From contig OZ024745.1 of assembly GCA_964016885.1 (NCBI GenBank), positions 64,356,001 to 64,420,000 of the forward strand: a stretch of 64,000 bases of DNA, read 5' to 3'. The first letter of the stretch is position 1; each line of letters starts with the position of its first letter. This DNA is from Eledone cirrhosa. Lineage: Eukaryota. The translations under genes and the position numbers were made by a program. The notes beneath the pieces are model-generated. The model did not search any database and had not been told where the DNA came from. It worked only from the letters and a program-made list of their open reading frames with translations. Of this stretch, positions 1 to 14,559 are shown piece by piece.

Positions 1-2151
1 CATAAAAAAACGGGGTACCCAAATAAAAAACGGGGCACCCAAATAAAAAACGGGGCACCCAAATGAAAAACGGACCCCCCCATAAAAAAACGGGGCACCC
101 AAATAAAAAACGGAGCCCCCATAAAAATACGGGGCACCCAAATAAAAAACTGGGCACCCAAATAAAAAACGGGGCACCCAAATAAAAAACGGACGCTCCC
201 ATAAAAAACGGGGCACCCAAATAAAAAACGGGGTACCCAAATTAAAAACGGACCCCCCATAAAAAAATGGGGCACCCAAATAAAAAACGGACCCCCCCAT
301 AAAAAAACAGGGCACCCAAATAAAAAACGGGGTACCCAAATAAAATACGGACCCCCCCATAAAAACACGGGTCACCCAAATAAATAACGGACCCCCCCAT
401 AAAAAAACGAGGCACCCAAATAAAAAACGGGGTACCCAAATAAAAAACGGGACACCCAAATAAAAAACGGTGCACACTAATAAAAAATGGATCCCCCAAA
501 TAAAAAATGGATCCCCCAAATAAAAAATGGATCCCCCAAATAAAAAATGGATCACCCAAATAAAAAATGGATCCCATAAATAAAAAATGGATCACCCAAA
601 TAAAAAATGGATCACCCAAATAAAAAATGGATCCCCCAAATAAAAAATGGATCACCCAAATTAAAAATTGATCACCCAAATAAAAAATGGATCCCCCAAA
701 TAAAAAATGGATCACCCAAATAAAAAATGGATCACCCAAATAAAAAATGGATCACCCAAATAAAAAATGGATCACCCAAATAAAAAATGGATCCCCCAAA
801 TAAAAAATGGATCCCCCAAATAAAAAATGGATCCCCCAAATAAAAAACGGATCCCCCAAATAAAAAATGGATCCCCCAAATAAAAAATGGATCACCCAAA
901 TAAAAAATGGATCACCCAAATAAAAAATGGATCCCCCAAGTAAAAAATGGATCACCCAAATAAAAAATGGATCACCCAATTAAAAAATGGATCTCCCAAA
1001 TAAAAAATGGATCACCCAAATAAAAAATGGATCCCCCAAATAAAAAATGGGTCACCCAAATAAAAAATGGATCACCCAAATAAAAAATGGATCCCCCAAA
1101 TAAAAAATGGATCACCCAAATAAAAAATGGATCACCCAAATAAAAAATGGATCCCCTAAATAAAAAATGGATCACCCAAATTAAAAATGGATCACCCATA
1201 TAAAAAATGAATCCCCCAAATAAAAAATGGACCCCCCCATAAAAAATCCGTGAACCCAAATAAAAAATGGACCCCTCCATAAAAAAACGGGGCACCCAAA
1301 TAAAAAACGGGGTACCCAAATAAAAAACGGACCCCCCCATAAAGAAACGGAGCACCCAAATAAAAAACAGGGTACCCAAATAAAGAACGGGGCACCCAAA
1401 TAAAAAACGGGGCACCCAAATAAAAAAACGGACCCCCCCCATAAAAAAACGGGGCACCCAAATAAAAAACGGACCCCCCATAAAAAAACGGGGCACCCAA
1501 ATAAAAAACGGGGTACCCAAATAAAAAACGGACCCTCCCCCATATAAAAACGAGACACCCAAATAAAAAACGGACCCCCCATAAAAGAACGGGGCACCCA
1601 AATAAAAAACGGACCACCGCATAAAAAAACGGGGCACCCAAATAAAAAACGAGGCACCCAAATAAAAAACGGGGTACCCAAATAAAAAACGGACCCCCCC
1701 ATAAAAAAACAGGACACACAAATAAAGAACGAGGTACCCAAATAAAAAACGGACCCCCCATAAAAAGACGGGTCACCCAAATAAAAAACGGGGTACCCAA
1801 ATAAAAAACGGACCCTCCCCATAAAAAAAGGGGCACCCAAATAAAAAACGGACCCTCCCCATAAAAAAACGGGGCACCCAAATAAAAAACGGACCCCCCC
1901 ATATAAAAACGGGGCACCCGAATAAAAAACGGGGTACCCAAATACAAAACGGAACCCCCCGTAAAAAAATGGGGCACCCAAATAAAAAACGGACCCCCCC
2001 ATAAATAAACCGGGCACCCAAATAAAACACGGGGTACCCAAATAAAAAACGGGGTACCCAAATAAAAAACGGGGCACCCAAATAAAAAATGGATCACCCA
2101 AATAAAAAATGGATCCCCCAAATAAAAAATGGTTCCGCCAAATAAAAAAGC

Positions 2152-2573
2152 GATCCATTTTTTATTTGGGGGATCCATTTTGTATTGAGGGATCCATTTT
2201 TTATTTTGGGGATCCAGTTTTTATTTGTGTGATCCATTTTTTATTTGGGTGATCCATTTTTTATTTGGGTGATCCATTTTTTATTTGGGGGATCCATTTT
2301 TTATTTGGGTGATCCATTTTTTATTTGGGGATCCACTTTTTATTTGGGTGATCCATTTTTTATTAGGGTGATCCATATTTTATTTGGGGGATCCATTTTT
2401 TATTTGGGTGATCCATTTTTTATTTGGGTGATCCATTTTTTATTTGGGGGATCCATTTTTTATTTGGGTGATCCATTTTTTATTTGGGTGATCCATTTTT
2501 TATTTGGGGGATCCATTTTTTATTTGGGTGATCCAATTTTTATTTGGGGGATCCATTTTTTATTTGATGGATC
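2152..2573 (-). repeat. Inverted island 1 of A-type monomers (about 21 monomers)
   Basis: Strand switches at AAAAAAGC-GATC-CATTTTTTATTT (GATC 2152-2155) and switches back at TATTTGATG-GATC-CCCAAAATAAAAATGG (GATC 2570-2573). Confidence 0.95.
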
Positions 2574-4010
2574 CCCAAAATAAAAATGGAACCCCCAAAT
2601 AAAAAATGGATCCCCCAAATAAAAAATGGATCACCCAAATAAAAAATGGATCCCCCAAATAAAAAATTGATCACCCAAATAAAAAATGGATCACCCAAAT
2701 AAAAAATGGATCCCCCAAATAAAAAATGGATCACCCAAATAAAAAATGGATCACCCAAATAAAAAATGGATCCCCCAAATAAAAAATAGACCCTCCCCCA
2801 TATAAAAACATGGCACCCAAATGAAAAACCGACCCCCCATAAAAGAACGGGGCACCCAAATAAAAAACGGACCACCGCATAAAAAAACGGGGCACCCAAA
2901 TAAAAAACGGACCCCCCATAAAAGAACGGGACACCCAAATAAAAAACGGACCCCCCCATGAAAAAACGGGGCACCCAAATAAAAAACGGACACCCCCATA
3001 AAAAAACGGGGCACCCAAATAAAAAACGGGGTAGCCAAATAAAAAACGGACCACCGCATAAAAAAACGGGGCACCGAATTAAAAAACGGACCCCCCATAA
3101 AAGAACGGGGTACCCAAATAAAAAACGGACCCCCCCGTAAAAAAACGGGGCACCCAAATAAAAAACGGGGTACACAAATGAAAAACGGTCCGCCCCCATA
3201 AAAAAACGGGGCACCCAAATAAAAAACGGAGCCCCCATAAAAATATGGGGCACCCAAATAAAAAACTGGGCACCCAAATAAAAAACGGGGTACCCAAATA
3301 AAAAACGGACCCCCCATAAAAAAGGGGCACCCAAATAAAAAACGGACGCCCCCATAAAAAACGGGGTACCCAAATAAAAAACGGACACCCCATAAAAAAA
3401 TGGGGCACCCAAATAAAAAACGGACCCCCCCATAAAAAAACAGGGCACCCAAATAAAAAACGGGGTACCCAAATAAAATACGGACCCCCCCCATAAAAAC
3501 ACGGGTCACCCAAATAAAAAACGGACCCCCCATAAAAAAACGGGGCACCCAAATAAAAAACGGGGTACCCAAATAAATAACGGACCCCCCCATAAAAAAA
3601 CGAGGCACCCAAATAAAAAACGGGGTACCCAAATAAAAAACGGGGCACCCAAATAAAAAACGGGGCACACTAATAAAAAATGGATCCCCCAAATAAAAAA
3701 TGGATCACCCAAATAAAAAATGGATCACCCAAATAAAAAATGGATCACCCAAATAAAAAATGGATCACCCAAATAAAAAATGGATCCCCCAAATAAAAAA
3801 TGGATCCCCCAAATAAAAAATGGATCCCCCAAATAAAAAACGGATCCCCCAAATAAAAAATGGATCTCCCAAATAAAAAATGGATCCCCCAAATAAAAAA
3901 TGGTTCACCCAAATAAAAAATGGATCACCCAAATAAAAAATGGATCCCCCAAATAAAAAATGGATCACCCAAATAAAAAATGGATCACCCATATAAAAAA
4001 TGAATCACCC

Positions 4011-5930
4011 AAATAAAAAACGGACCCCCCCATTAAAAAACGGGGCACCCAACTAAAAAACGGGGTACCCAAATAAATAACGGACCCCACCATAAAAAAA
4101 CGAGGCACCCAACTAAAAAACGGGGTACCCAAATAAAAAACGGGGCACCCAAATAAAAAACGGGGCACCCAAATAAAAAACGGGGTACCTTAATAAAAAA
4201 ACGAGGCACCCAAATAAAAAACGGGGCACCCAAATAAAAAACGGACTCCCCATAAAAAAACGGGGCACCCAAATAAAAAACGGGGTACCCAAATAAAAAA
4301 CCGACCCCCCCCATAAAAAAACGGGGCACCCCCCCAAAAAACGGACCCCCGCATAAAAAAACGGTGCACCCAAATAAAAAACGGACCCCCCCATAAAAAA
4401 ACGGGGCACCCAAATAAAAAACGGACCCCTCCATAAAAATACGGGGCACCCAAATAAAAAATGGGGTACCCAAATGAAAAACGGACCGCCCCATAAAATA
4501 AAGGGACACCCAAATAAAAAACGGGGTACCCAAATAAAAAACGGTCCGCCCCCATAAAAAAACTGGGCACCCAAATTAAAAACGGTGTACCCAAATAAAA
4601 AACGCCCCCCATCAAAAAACGGGGTACCCAAATAAAAAACGGGGCACCCAAATAAAAAACTGGGCACCCAAATGAAAAACGGACCCCCCTATAAAAAAAC
4701 GGGGCACACAAATAAAAAACGGAGCCCCCATAAAAATACGGGGCACCCAAATAAAAAACGGGGCACCCAAATAAAAAACGGACCCCCCATAAAAAAGGGG
4801 CACCCAAATAAAAAACGGACCCCCCATAAAAATAACGGGGCACCCAAATAAAAAACGTACCCACCCATAAAAACGGGGCACCCAAATAAAAAACGGGGCA
4901 CCCAAATAAAAACCTACCCCCCCATAAAAAAACGGGGTACCCAAATAAAAAACGGGGCACACAAATAAAAAACGGATCACCCAAATAAAAAGCGGACCCC
5001 CATAAATAAACGGGGCACCCAAATAAAAAACGGGGTACCCAAATAAAAAACGGAGCACCCCAATAAAAAAAGGGGCACCCAAATAAAAAACGGGGTACCC
5101 AAATAAAAAACGGGGCACCCAAATAAAAAAGGGGCACCCAAATAAAAAAACAGACCCCCCATAAATAAACGGGGCACCCAAATAAGAAACGGGGCACCCA
5201 AATAAAAAACGGTGCACCCAAATAAAGAACGGGGCACACAAATAAAAAACGGAGCACCCAAATAAAAAACGGACCCCCCATAAATAAACGGGGCACCCAA
5301 ATAAAAACGGGGTACCCAAATAAAAAACGGACCCCCCTGTAAAAAAACGGGGCACCCAAATAAAAAACGGGGTACACAAATAAAAAACTGTCCGCCCCCA
5401 TAAAAAAACTGGGCACCCAAATAAAAACGGTGTACCCAAATAAAAAACGCCCCCATAAAAAAACGGGGTACCCAAATAAAAAACGGGGCACCCAAATAAA
5501 AAACGGGGCACCCAAATGAAAAACGGACCCCCCCATAAAAAAACGGGGCACCCAAATAAAAAACGGAGCCCCCATAAAAATACGGGGCACCCAAATAAAA
5601 AACTGGGCACCCAAATAAAAAACGGGGCACCCAAATAAAAAACGGACGCTCCCATAAAAAACGGGGCACCCAAATAAAAAACGGGGTACCCAAATTAAAA
5701 ACGGACCCCCCATAAAAAAATGGGGCACCCAAATAAAAAACGGACCCCCCCATAAAAAAACAGGGCACCCAAATAAAAAACGGGGTACCCAAATAAAATA
5801 CGGACCCCCCCATAAAAACACGGGTCACCCAAATAAATAACGGACCCCCCCATAAAAAAACGAGGCACCCAAATAAAAAACGGGGTACCCAAATAAAAAA
5901 CGGGACACCCAAATAAAAAACGGTGCACAC
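4011..5930 (+). repeat. Longest and most diverged CpG-rich B-type block
   Basis: About 1.9 kb of CGGGG[C/T]ACCC and CGGAC(C)nATA monomers with many private substitutions and 1-bp indels. Essentially no TGGATC monomers. Confidence 0.85.
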
Positions 5931-7604
5931 TAATAAAAAATGGATCCCCCAAATAAAAAATGGATCCCCCAAATAAAAAATGGATCCCCCAAATAAAAAA
6001 TGGATCACCCAAATAAAAAATGGATCCCATAAATAAAAAATGGATCACCCAAATAAAAAATGGATCACCCAAATAAAAAATGGATCCCCCAAATAAAAAA
6101 TGGATCACCCAAATTAAAAATTGATCACCCAAATAAAAAATGGATCCCCCAAATAAAAAATGGATCACCCAAATAAAAAATGGATCACCCAAATAAAAAA
6201 TGGATCACCCAAATAAAAAATGGATCACCCAAATAAAAAATGGATCCCCCAAATAAAAAATGGATCCCCCAAATAAAAAATGGATCCCCCAAATAAAAAA
6301 CGGATCCCCCAAATAAAAAATGGATCCCCCAAATAAAAAATGGATCACCCAAATAAAAAATGGATCACCCAAATAAAAAATGGATCCCCCAAGTAAAAAA
6401 TGGATCACCCAAATAAAAAATGGATCACCCAATTAAAAAATGGATCTCCCAAATAAAAAATGGATCACCCAAATAAAAAATGGATCCCCCAAATAAAAAA
6501 TGGGTCACCCAAATAAAAAATGGATCACCCAAATAAAAAATGGATCCCCCAAATAAAAAATGGATCACCCAAATAAAAAATGGATCACCCAAATAAAAAA
6601 TGGATCCCCTAAATAAAAAATGGATCACCCAAATTAAAAATGGATCACCCATATAAAAAATGAATCCCCCAAATAAAAAATGGACCCCCCCATAAAAAAT
6701 CCGTGAACCCAAATAAAAAATGGACCCCTCCATAAAAAAACGGGGCACCCAAATAAAAAACGGGGTACCCAAATAAAAAACGGACCCCCCCATAAAGAAA
6801 CGGAGCACCCAAATAAAAAACAGGGTACCCAAATAAAGAACGGGGCACCCAAATAAAAAACGGGGCACCCAAATAAAAAAACGGACCCCCCCCATAAAAA
6901 AATGGGGCACCCAAATAAAAAACGGACCCCCCATAAAAAAACGGGGCACCCAAATAAAAAACGGGGTACCCAAATAAAAAACGGACCCTCCCCCATATAA
7001 AAACGGGACACCCAAATAAAAAACGGACCCCCCATAAAAGAACGGGGCACCCAAATAAAAAACGGACCACCGCATAAAAAAACGGGGCACCCAAATAAAA
7101 AACGAGGCACCCAAATAAAAAACGGGGTACCCAAATAAAAAACGGACCCCCCCATAAAAAAACAGGACACACAAATAAAGAACGAGGTACCCAAATAAAA
7201 AACGGACCCCCCATAAAAAGACGGGTCACCCAAATAAAAAACGGGGTACCCAAATAAAAAACGGACCCTCCCCATAAAAAAAGGGGCACCCAAATAAAAA
7301 ACGGACCCTCCCCATAAAAAAACGGGGCACCCAAATAAAAAACGGACCCCCCCATATAAAAACGGGGCACCCGAATAAAAAACGGGGTACCCAAATACAA
7401 AACGGAACCCCCCGTAAAAAAATGGGGCACCCAAATAAAAAACGGACCCCCCCATAAATAAACCGGGCACCCAAATAAAACACGGGGTACCCAAATAAAA
7501 AACGGGGTACCCAAATAAAAAACGGGGCACCCAAATAAAAAATGGATCACCCAAATAAAAAATGGATCCCCCAAATAAAAAATGGTTCCGCCAAATAAAA
7601 AAGC

Positions 7605-8185
7605 GATCCATTTTTTATTTGGGGGATCCATTTTGTATTGAGGGATCCATTTTTTATTTTGGGGATCCAGTTTTTATTTGTGTGATCCATTTTTTATTTG
7701 GGTGATCCATTTTGTATTGGGGGATCCATTTTTTATTTGGGGGATCCATTTTTTATTTGGGTGATCCATTTTTTATTTGGGTGATCCATTTTTTATTTGG
7801 GGGTTCCATTTTTTATTTGGGGGATCCATTTTTTATTTGGGGAATCCATTTTTTATTTGGGTGATCCATTTTTTATTTGGGTGATCCATTTTTTATTTGG
7901 GGGATCCATTTTTTATTTGGGTGATCCATTTTTTATTTGGGGATCCACTTTTTATTTGGGTGATCCATTTTTTATTAGGGTGATCCATATTTTATTTGGG
8001 GGATCCATTTTTTATTTGGGTGATCCATTTTTTATTTGGGTGATCCATTTTTTATTTGGGGGATCCATTTTTTATTTGGGTGATCCATTTTTTATTTGGG
8101 TGATCCATTTTTTATTTGGGGGATCCATTTTTTATTTGGGTGATCCAATTTTTATTTGGGGGATCCATTTTTTATTTGATGGATC
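7605..8185 (-). repeat. Inverted island 2 of A-type monomers (about 29 monomers)
   Basis: Same junction sequences as island 1 (GATC 7605-7608 and 8182-8185). Left junction is offset by 5453 bp, and the island is 159 bp longer. Confidence 0.95.
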
Positions 8186-11100
8186 CCCAAAATAAAAATG
8201 GAACCCCCAAATAAAAAATGGATCCCCCAAATAAAAAATGGATCACCCAAATAAAAAATGGATCACCCAAATAAAAAATGGATCCTCCAAATAAAAAATG
8301 GATCACCCAAATAAAAAATGGATCACCCAAATAAAAAATGGATCCCCCAAATAAAAAATAGACCCTCCCCCATATAAAAACATGGCACCCAAATGAAAAA
8401 CCGACCCCCCATAAAAGAACGGGGCACCCAAATAAAAAACGGACCACCGCATAAAAAAACGGGGCACCCAAATAAAAAACGGACCCCCCATAAAAGAACG
8501 GGACACCCAAATAAAAAACGGACCCCCCCATGAAAAAACGGGGCACCCAAATAAAAAACGGACACCCCCATAAAAAAACGGGGCACCCAAATAAAAAACG
8601 GGGTAGCCAAATAAAAAACGGACCACCGCATAAAAAAACGGGGCACCGAATTAAAAAACGGACCCCCCATAAAAGAACGGGGTACCCAAATAAAAAACGG
8701 ACCCCCCCGTAAAAAAACGGGGCACCCAAATAAAAAACGGGGTACACAAATGAAAAACGGTCCGCCCCCATAAAAAAACGGGGCACCCAAATAAAAAACG
8801 GAGCCCCCATAAAAATATGGGGCACCCAAATAAAAAACTGGGCACCCAAATAAAAAACGGGGTACCCAAATAAAAAACGGACCCCCCATAAAAAACGGGC
8901 ACCCAAATAAAAAACGGACGCCCCCATAAAAAACGGGGTACCCAAATAAAAAACGGACACCCCATAAAAAAATGGGGCACCCAAATAAAAAACGGACCCC
9001 CCCATAAAAAAACAGGGCACCCAAATAAAAAACGGGGTACCCAAATAAAATACGGACCCCCCCCATAAAAACACGGGTCACCCAAATAAAAAACGGACCC
9101 CCCATAAAAAAACGGGGCACCCAAATAAAAAACGGGGTACCCAAATAAATAACGGACCCCCCCATAAAAAAACGAGGCACCCAAATAAAAAACGGGGTAC
9201 CCAAATAAAAAACGGGGCACCCAAATAAAAAACGGGGCACACTAATAAAAAATGGATCCCCCAAATAAAAAATGGATCACCCAAATAAAAAATGGATCAC
9301 CCAAATAAAAAATGGATCACCCAAATAAAAAATGGATCACCCAAATAAAAAATGGATCCCCCAAATAAAAAATGGATCCCCCAAATAAAAAATGGATCCC
9401 CCAAATAAAAAACGGATCCCCCAAATAAAAAATGGATCTCCCAAATAAATAATGGATCCCCCAAATAAAAAATGGTTCACCCAAATAAAAAATGGATCAC
9501 CCAAATAAAAAATGGATCCCCCAAATAAAAAATGGATCACCCAAATAAAAAATGGATCACCCATATAAAAAATGAATCACCCAAATAAAAAACGGACCCC
9601 CCCCATTAAAAAACGGGGCACCCAAACAAAAAACGGACCCCCCCATAAAAAAACGGGGCACCCAAATAAAAAACGGGGTACCCAAATAAAAAACGGACCC
9701 TCCCCCATATAAAAACGGGGCACCCAAATAAAAAACGGACCCCCCATAAAAGAACGGGGCACCCAAATAAAAAACGGACCACCGCATAAAAAAACGGGGT
9801 ACCCAAATAAAAAACGGAACACCGCATAAAAAAACGGGGCACCGAATTAAAAAACGGACCCCCCATAAAAGAACGGGACACCCAAATAAAAAACGGACCC
9901 CCCCCCATGAAAAAACGGGGCACCCAAATAAAAAACGGACACCCCCATAAAAAAACGGGGCACCCAAATAGAAAACGGGGTTCACAAATGAAAAAAGCCC
10001 CCCACCCATAAAAAACGAGGCACCCAAATAAAAAACGGGGTACCCAAATAAAAAACGGACCCCCATAAAAAAATGGGGCACCCAAATAAAAAACGGAACC
10101 CCCCCATAAAAAAACCGGGCACCCAAATAAAAAACGGGTTACCCAAATAAAATATGGTCCCCCCCATAAAAACACGGCTCACCCAAATAAAAAACAGACC
10201 CCCCATAAAAAAACGGGACACCCAAATAAAAAACGGGGTACCCAAACAAAAAAACACCCCCCCAAAAAAAAACGAGGCACCCCAAAAAAAAACGGGGTAC
10301 CCAAATAAAAAACGGGGCACCCAAATAAAAAACGGGGCACCCAAATAAAAAACGGTGCAACCAAATAAAAAACGGGGTACCCAAATAAAAAACGGACCCT
10401 CCCCATAAAAAAACGGGGCACCCAAATAAAAAACGGACCCCCCATATAAAAACGGGGCACCCGAATAAAAAACGGGGTACCCAAATAAAAAACGGACCAC
10501 CCCATAAAAAAACGGGTCACCCAAATAAAAAACGGGGTACCCAAATAAAAAACGGACCCCCCATAAAAAAACGGGGCACCCAAATAAAAAACGGGGTACC
10601 CAAATAAATAACGGACCCCCCCATAAAAAAACGAGGCACCCAAATAAAAAACGGGGTACCCAAATAAAAAACGGGGCACCCAAATAAAAAACGGGGCACA
10701 CTAATAAAAAATGGATCCCCCAAATAAAAAATGGATCCCCCAAATAAAAAATGGATCCCCCAAATAAAAAATGGATCACCCAAATAAAAAATGTATCCCA
10801 TAAATAAAAAATGGATCACCCAAATAAAAAATGGATCACCCAAATAAAAAATGGATCCCCCAAATAAAAAATGGATCACCCAAATAAAAAATGGATCACC
10901 CAAATATAAAATGGATCCCTCAAATAAAAAAAGGATCACCCAAATAAAAAATTGATCACCCAAATAAAAAATGGATGCCCCAAATAAAAAATGGATCACC
11001 CAAATAAAAAATGGATCACCCAAATAAAAAATGGATCCCCCAAACAAAAAATGGATCACCCAAATAAAAAATGGATCACCGAAATAAAAAATGGATCCGC

Positions 11101-12234
11101 CAAATAAAGAATGGATCCCCCAAATAAAAAATGGATCACCCAAATAAAAAATGGATCACCCAAATAAAAAATGGATCCCCCAAATAAAAAATGGATCACC
11201 CAAATAAAAAATGGATCACCCAAATAAAAAATGGATCACCCAAATAAAAAATGGATCACCCAAATAAAAAATGGATCCCCCAAATAAAAAAATGGATCAC
11301 CCAAATAAAAAATGGATCCCCCAAATAAAAAATGGATCACCCAAATAAAAAATGGATCACCCAAATGAAAAATGGATCCCCCAAATAAAAAATGGATCCC
11401 CCAAATAAAAAATGGATCCCCCAAATAAAAAATGGATCCCCCAAATAAAAAATGGATCCTCCAAATAAAAAATGGATCACCCAAATAAAAAATGGATCCA
11501 CCAAATAAAAAATGGATCCCCCAAATAAAAAATGGATCCCCCAAATAAAAAATGGATCACCCAAATAAAAAATGGATCCCCCAAATAAAAAATGGATCAC
11601 CCAAATAAAAAATGGATCACCCAAATAAAAAATGGATCCCCCAAGTAAAAAATGGATCACCCAAATAAAAAATGGATCACCCAATTAAAAAATGGATCTC
11701 CCAAATAAAAAATGGATCACCCAAATAAAAAATGGATCACCCAAATAAAAAATGGATCCCCCAAATAAAAAATGGATCCCCCAAATAAAAAATGGATCAC
11801 CCAAATAAAAAATGGATCACCCAAATAAAAAATGGATCCCCCAAATAAAAAATGGATCACCCAAATAAAAAATGGATCACCCAAATAAAAATTGGATCCC
11901 CCAATTAAAAAATGGATCACCCAAATAAAAAATGGATCACCCAAATAAAAAATGGATCACCCAAATAAAAAATGTATCCCCCAAATAAAAAATGGATCAC
12001 CCAAATAAAAAATGTATCACCCAAATAAAAAATGGATCCCCCAAATAAAAAATGGTTAACCCAAATAAAAAATGGATTCCCCAAATAAAAAATGGATCAC
12101 CCAAATAAAAAATGGATCACCCAAATAAAAAATGGATCCCCCAAATAAAAAATGGATCCCCAAAATAAAAAATGGATCACCCAAATAAAAAATGGATCAC
12201 CCAAATAAAAAATGGATCCCCAAAATAAAAAATG

Positions 12235-12603
12235 GATCACCCATATAAAAAGTGAATCCCCCAAATAAAAAATGGACCCCCCATAAAAAATCGGTGCACC
12301 CAAATAAAAAACGGACCCCCCCATAAAAAGACGGGGCACCCAAATAAAAAACGGACCCCCCATAAAAAAACGGGGTACACAAATGAAAAACGCCCTCCCC
12401 CATAAAAAAACGGGGCACCCAAATAAAAAACGGGGTACCCAAATAAAAAACGGACCCCCCCCATAAAAAAACGGGGCACCCAAATAAAAAACGGGGTACC
12501 CAAATAAATAACGGACCCCCCCATAAAAAAACGAGGCACCCAAATAAAAAACGGGGTACCCAAATAAAAAACGGGGCACCCAAATAAAAAACGGGGCACA
12601 CTA
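12235..12603 (+). repeat. Representative short B cassette (B1, about 325-330 bp plus entry monomers)
   Basis: Entry CCCATATAAAAAGTGAATC, internal GGGGTACACAAATGAAAAACGCCCTCCCCC, exit GGGGCACACTAA. The same cassette recurs at about 13350, 14190, 15470, 16305, 18160, 19420, 20260, 23400, 24175, 27500, 28055, 28830, 32150, 35390, 38930, 41630, 44370, 46890. Confidence 0.85.
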
Positions 12604-14559
12604 ATAAAAAATGGATCCCCCAAATAAAAAATGGATCCCCCAAATAAAAAATGGATCCCCCAAATAAAAAATGGATCACCCAAATAAAAAATGTATCCCA
12701 TAAATAAAAAATGGATCACCCAAATAAAAAATGGATCACCCAAATAAAAAATGGATGCCCCAAATAAAAAATGGATCACCCAAATAAAAAATGGATCACC
12801 CAAATATAAAATGGATCCCTCAAATAAAAATGGATCACCCAAATAAAAAATGTATCACCCAAATAAAAAATGGATGCCCCAAATAAAAAATGGATCACCC
12901 AAATACAAAATGGATCACCCAAATAAAAAATGGATCCCCCAAATAAAAAATGGATCACCCAAATAAAAAATGGATCCCCCAAATAAAAAATGGATCACCC
13001 AAATAAAAAATGGATCACCCAAATAAAAAATGGATCACCCAAATAAAAAATGGAACACCCAAATAAAAAATGGATCACCCAAATAAAAAATGGATCCCCC
13101 AAATAAAAAATGGATCCCCCAAATAAAAAATGGATCACCCAAATAAAAAATGTATCACCCAAATAAAAAATGGATCCCCCAAATAAAAAATGGATAACCC
13201 AAATAAAAAATGGATTCCCCAAATAAAAAATGGATCACCCAAATAAAAAATGGATCACCCAAATAAAAAATGGATCACCCAAATAAAAAATGGATCCCCC
13301 AAATAAAAAATGGATCACCCATATAAAAAGTGAATCCCCCAAATAAAAAATGGACCCCCCAGAAAAAATCGGTGAACCCAAATAAAAAACGGACCCCCCC
13401 ATAAAAAAACGGGGCACCCAAATAAAAAACGGACCCCCCATAAAAAAACGGGGTACACAAATGAAAAACGCCCTCCCCCATAAAAAAACGGGGCACCCAA
13501 ATAAAAAACGGGGTACCCAAATAAAAAACGGACCCCCCCATAAAAAAACGGGGCACCCAAATAAAAAACGGGGTACCCAAATAAATAACGGACCCCCCCA
13601 TAAAAAAACGAGGCACCCAAATAAAAAACGGGGTACCCAAATAAAAAACGGGGCACCCAAATAAAAAACGGGGCACACTAATAAAAAACGGATCCCCCAA
13701 ATAAAAAATGGATCCCCCAAATAAAAAATGGATCACCCAAATAAAAAATGTATACCATAAATAAAAAATGGATCACCCAAATAAAAAATGGATCACCCAA
13801 ATATAAAATGGATCCCTCAAATAAAAAATGGATCACCCAAATAAAAAATGTATCACCCAAATAAAAAATGGATGCCCCAAATAAAAAATGGATCACCCAA
13901 ATAAAAAATGGATCACCCAAATAAAAAATGGATCCCCCAAATAAAAAATGGATCACCCAAATAAAAAATGGATCACCGAAATAAAAAATGGATCCGCCAA
14001 ATAAAAAATGGATCCCCCAAATAAAAAATGGATAACCCAAATAAAAAATGGATTCCCCAAATAAAAAATGGATCACCCAAATAAAAAATGGATCACCCAA
14101 ATAAAAAATGGATCACCCAAATAAAAAATGGATCCCCCAAATAAAAAATGGATCACCCATATAAAAAGTGAATCCCCCAAATAAAAAATGGACCCCCCAT
14201 AAAAAATCGGTGAACCCAAATAAAAAACGGATCCCCCCATAAAAAAACGGGGCACCCAAATATAAAACGGACCCCCCATAAAAAAACGGGGTACACAAAT
14301 GAAAAACGCCCTCCCCCATAAAAAAACGGGGCACCCAAATAAAAAACGGGGTACCCAAATAAAAAACGGACCCCCCCATAAAAAAACGGGGCACCCAAAT
14401 AAAAAACGGGGTACCCAAATAAATAACGGACCCCCCCATAAAAAAACGAGGCACCCAACTAAAAAACGGGGTACCCAAATAAAAAACGGGGCACCCAAAT
14501 AAAAAACGGGGCACACTAATAAAAAATGGATCCCCCAAATAAAAAATGGATCACCCAAA

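Larger units (their letters stand above)
1..9625 (+). repeat. Large direct duplication, period 5453 bp then 5572 bp (copy 1: 1 to about 4050, probably extending left of the window; copy 2: 5454 to about 9625)
   Basis: Variant monomers and ORF-track entries recur at +5453 (242/5695, 972/6425, 1181/6634) and, after the inversion, at +5572 (2751/8323, 3765/9337). A few SNPs differ between copies. End points are approximate. Confidence 0.9.

Noticed and set aside
497-511. CC(A/T)nGG motif resembling a CArG (SRF/MADS) box
   Set aside because: The A/T core is 11 bp (CCAAATAAAAAATGG), not the required 6.
2152-2573. Inverted islands as MITE/foldback transposons or invertase-controlled switches
   Set aside because: There is no target-site duplication, non-satellite terminal sequence or recombinase gene. 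All four copies are in the same orientation state with the same junction scars.
7605-8185. Inversions as DpnII/Sau3AI ligation chimeras or fold-back read artefacts
   Set aside because: There is no GATCGATC fill-in junction. The junctions carry shared and lineage-specific mutations across four copies of different length, which indicates real, aged sequence. Read-level confirmation is still advisable.
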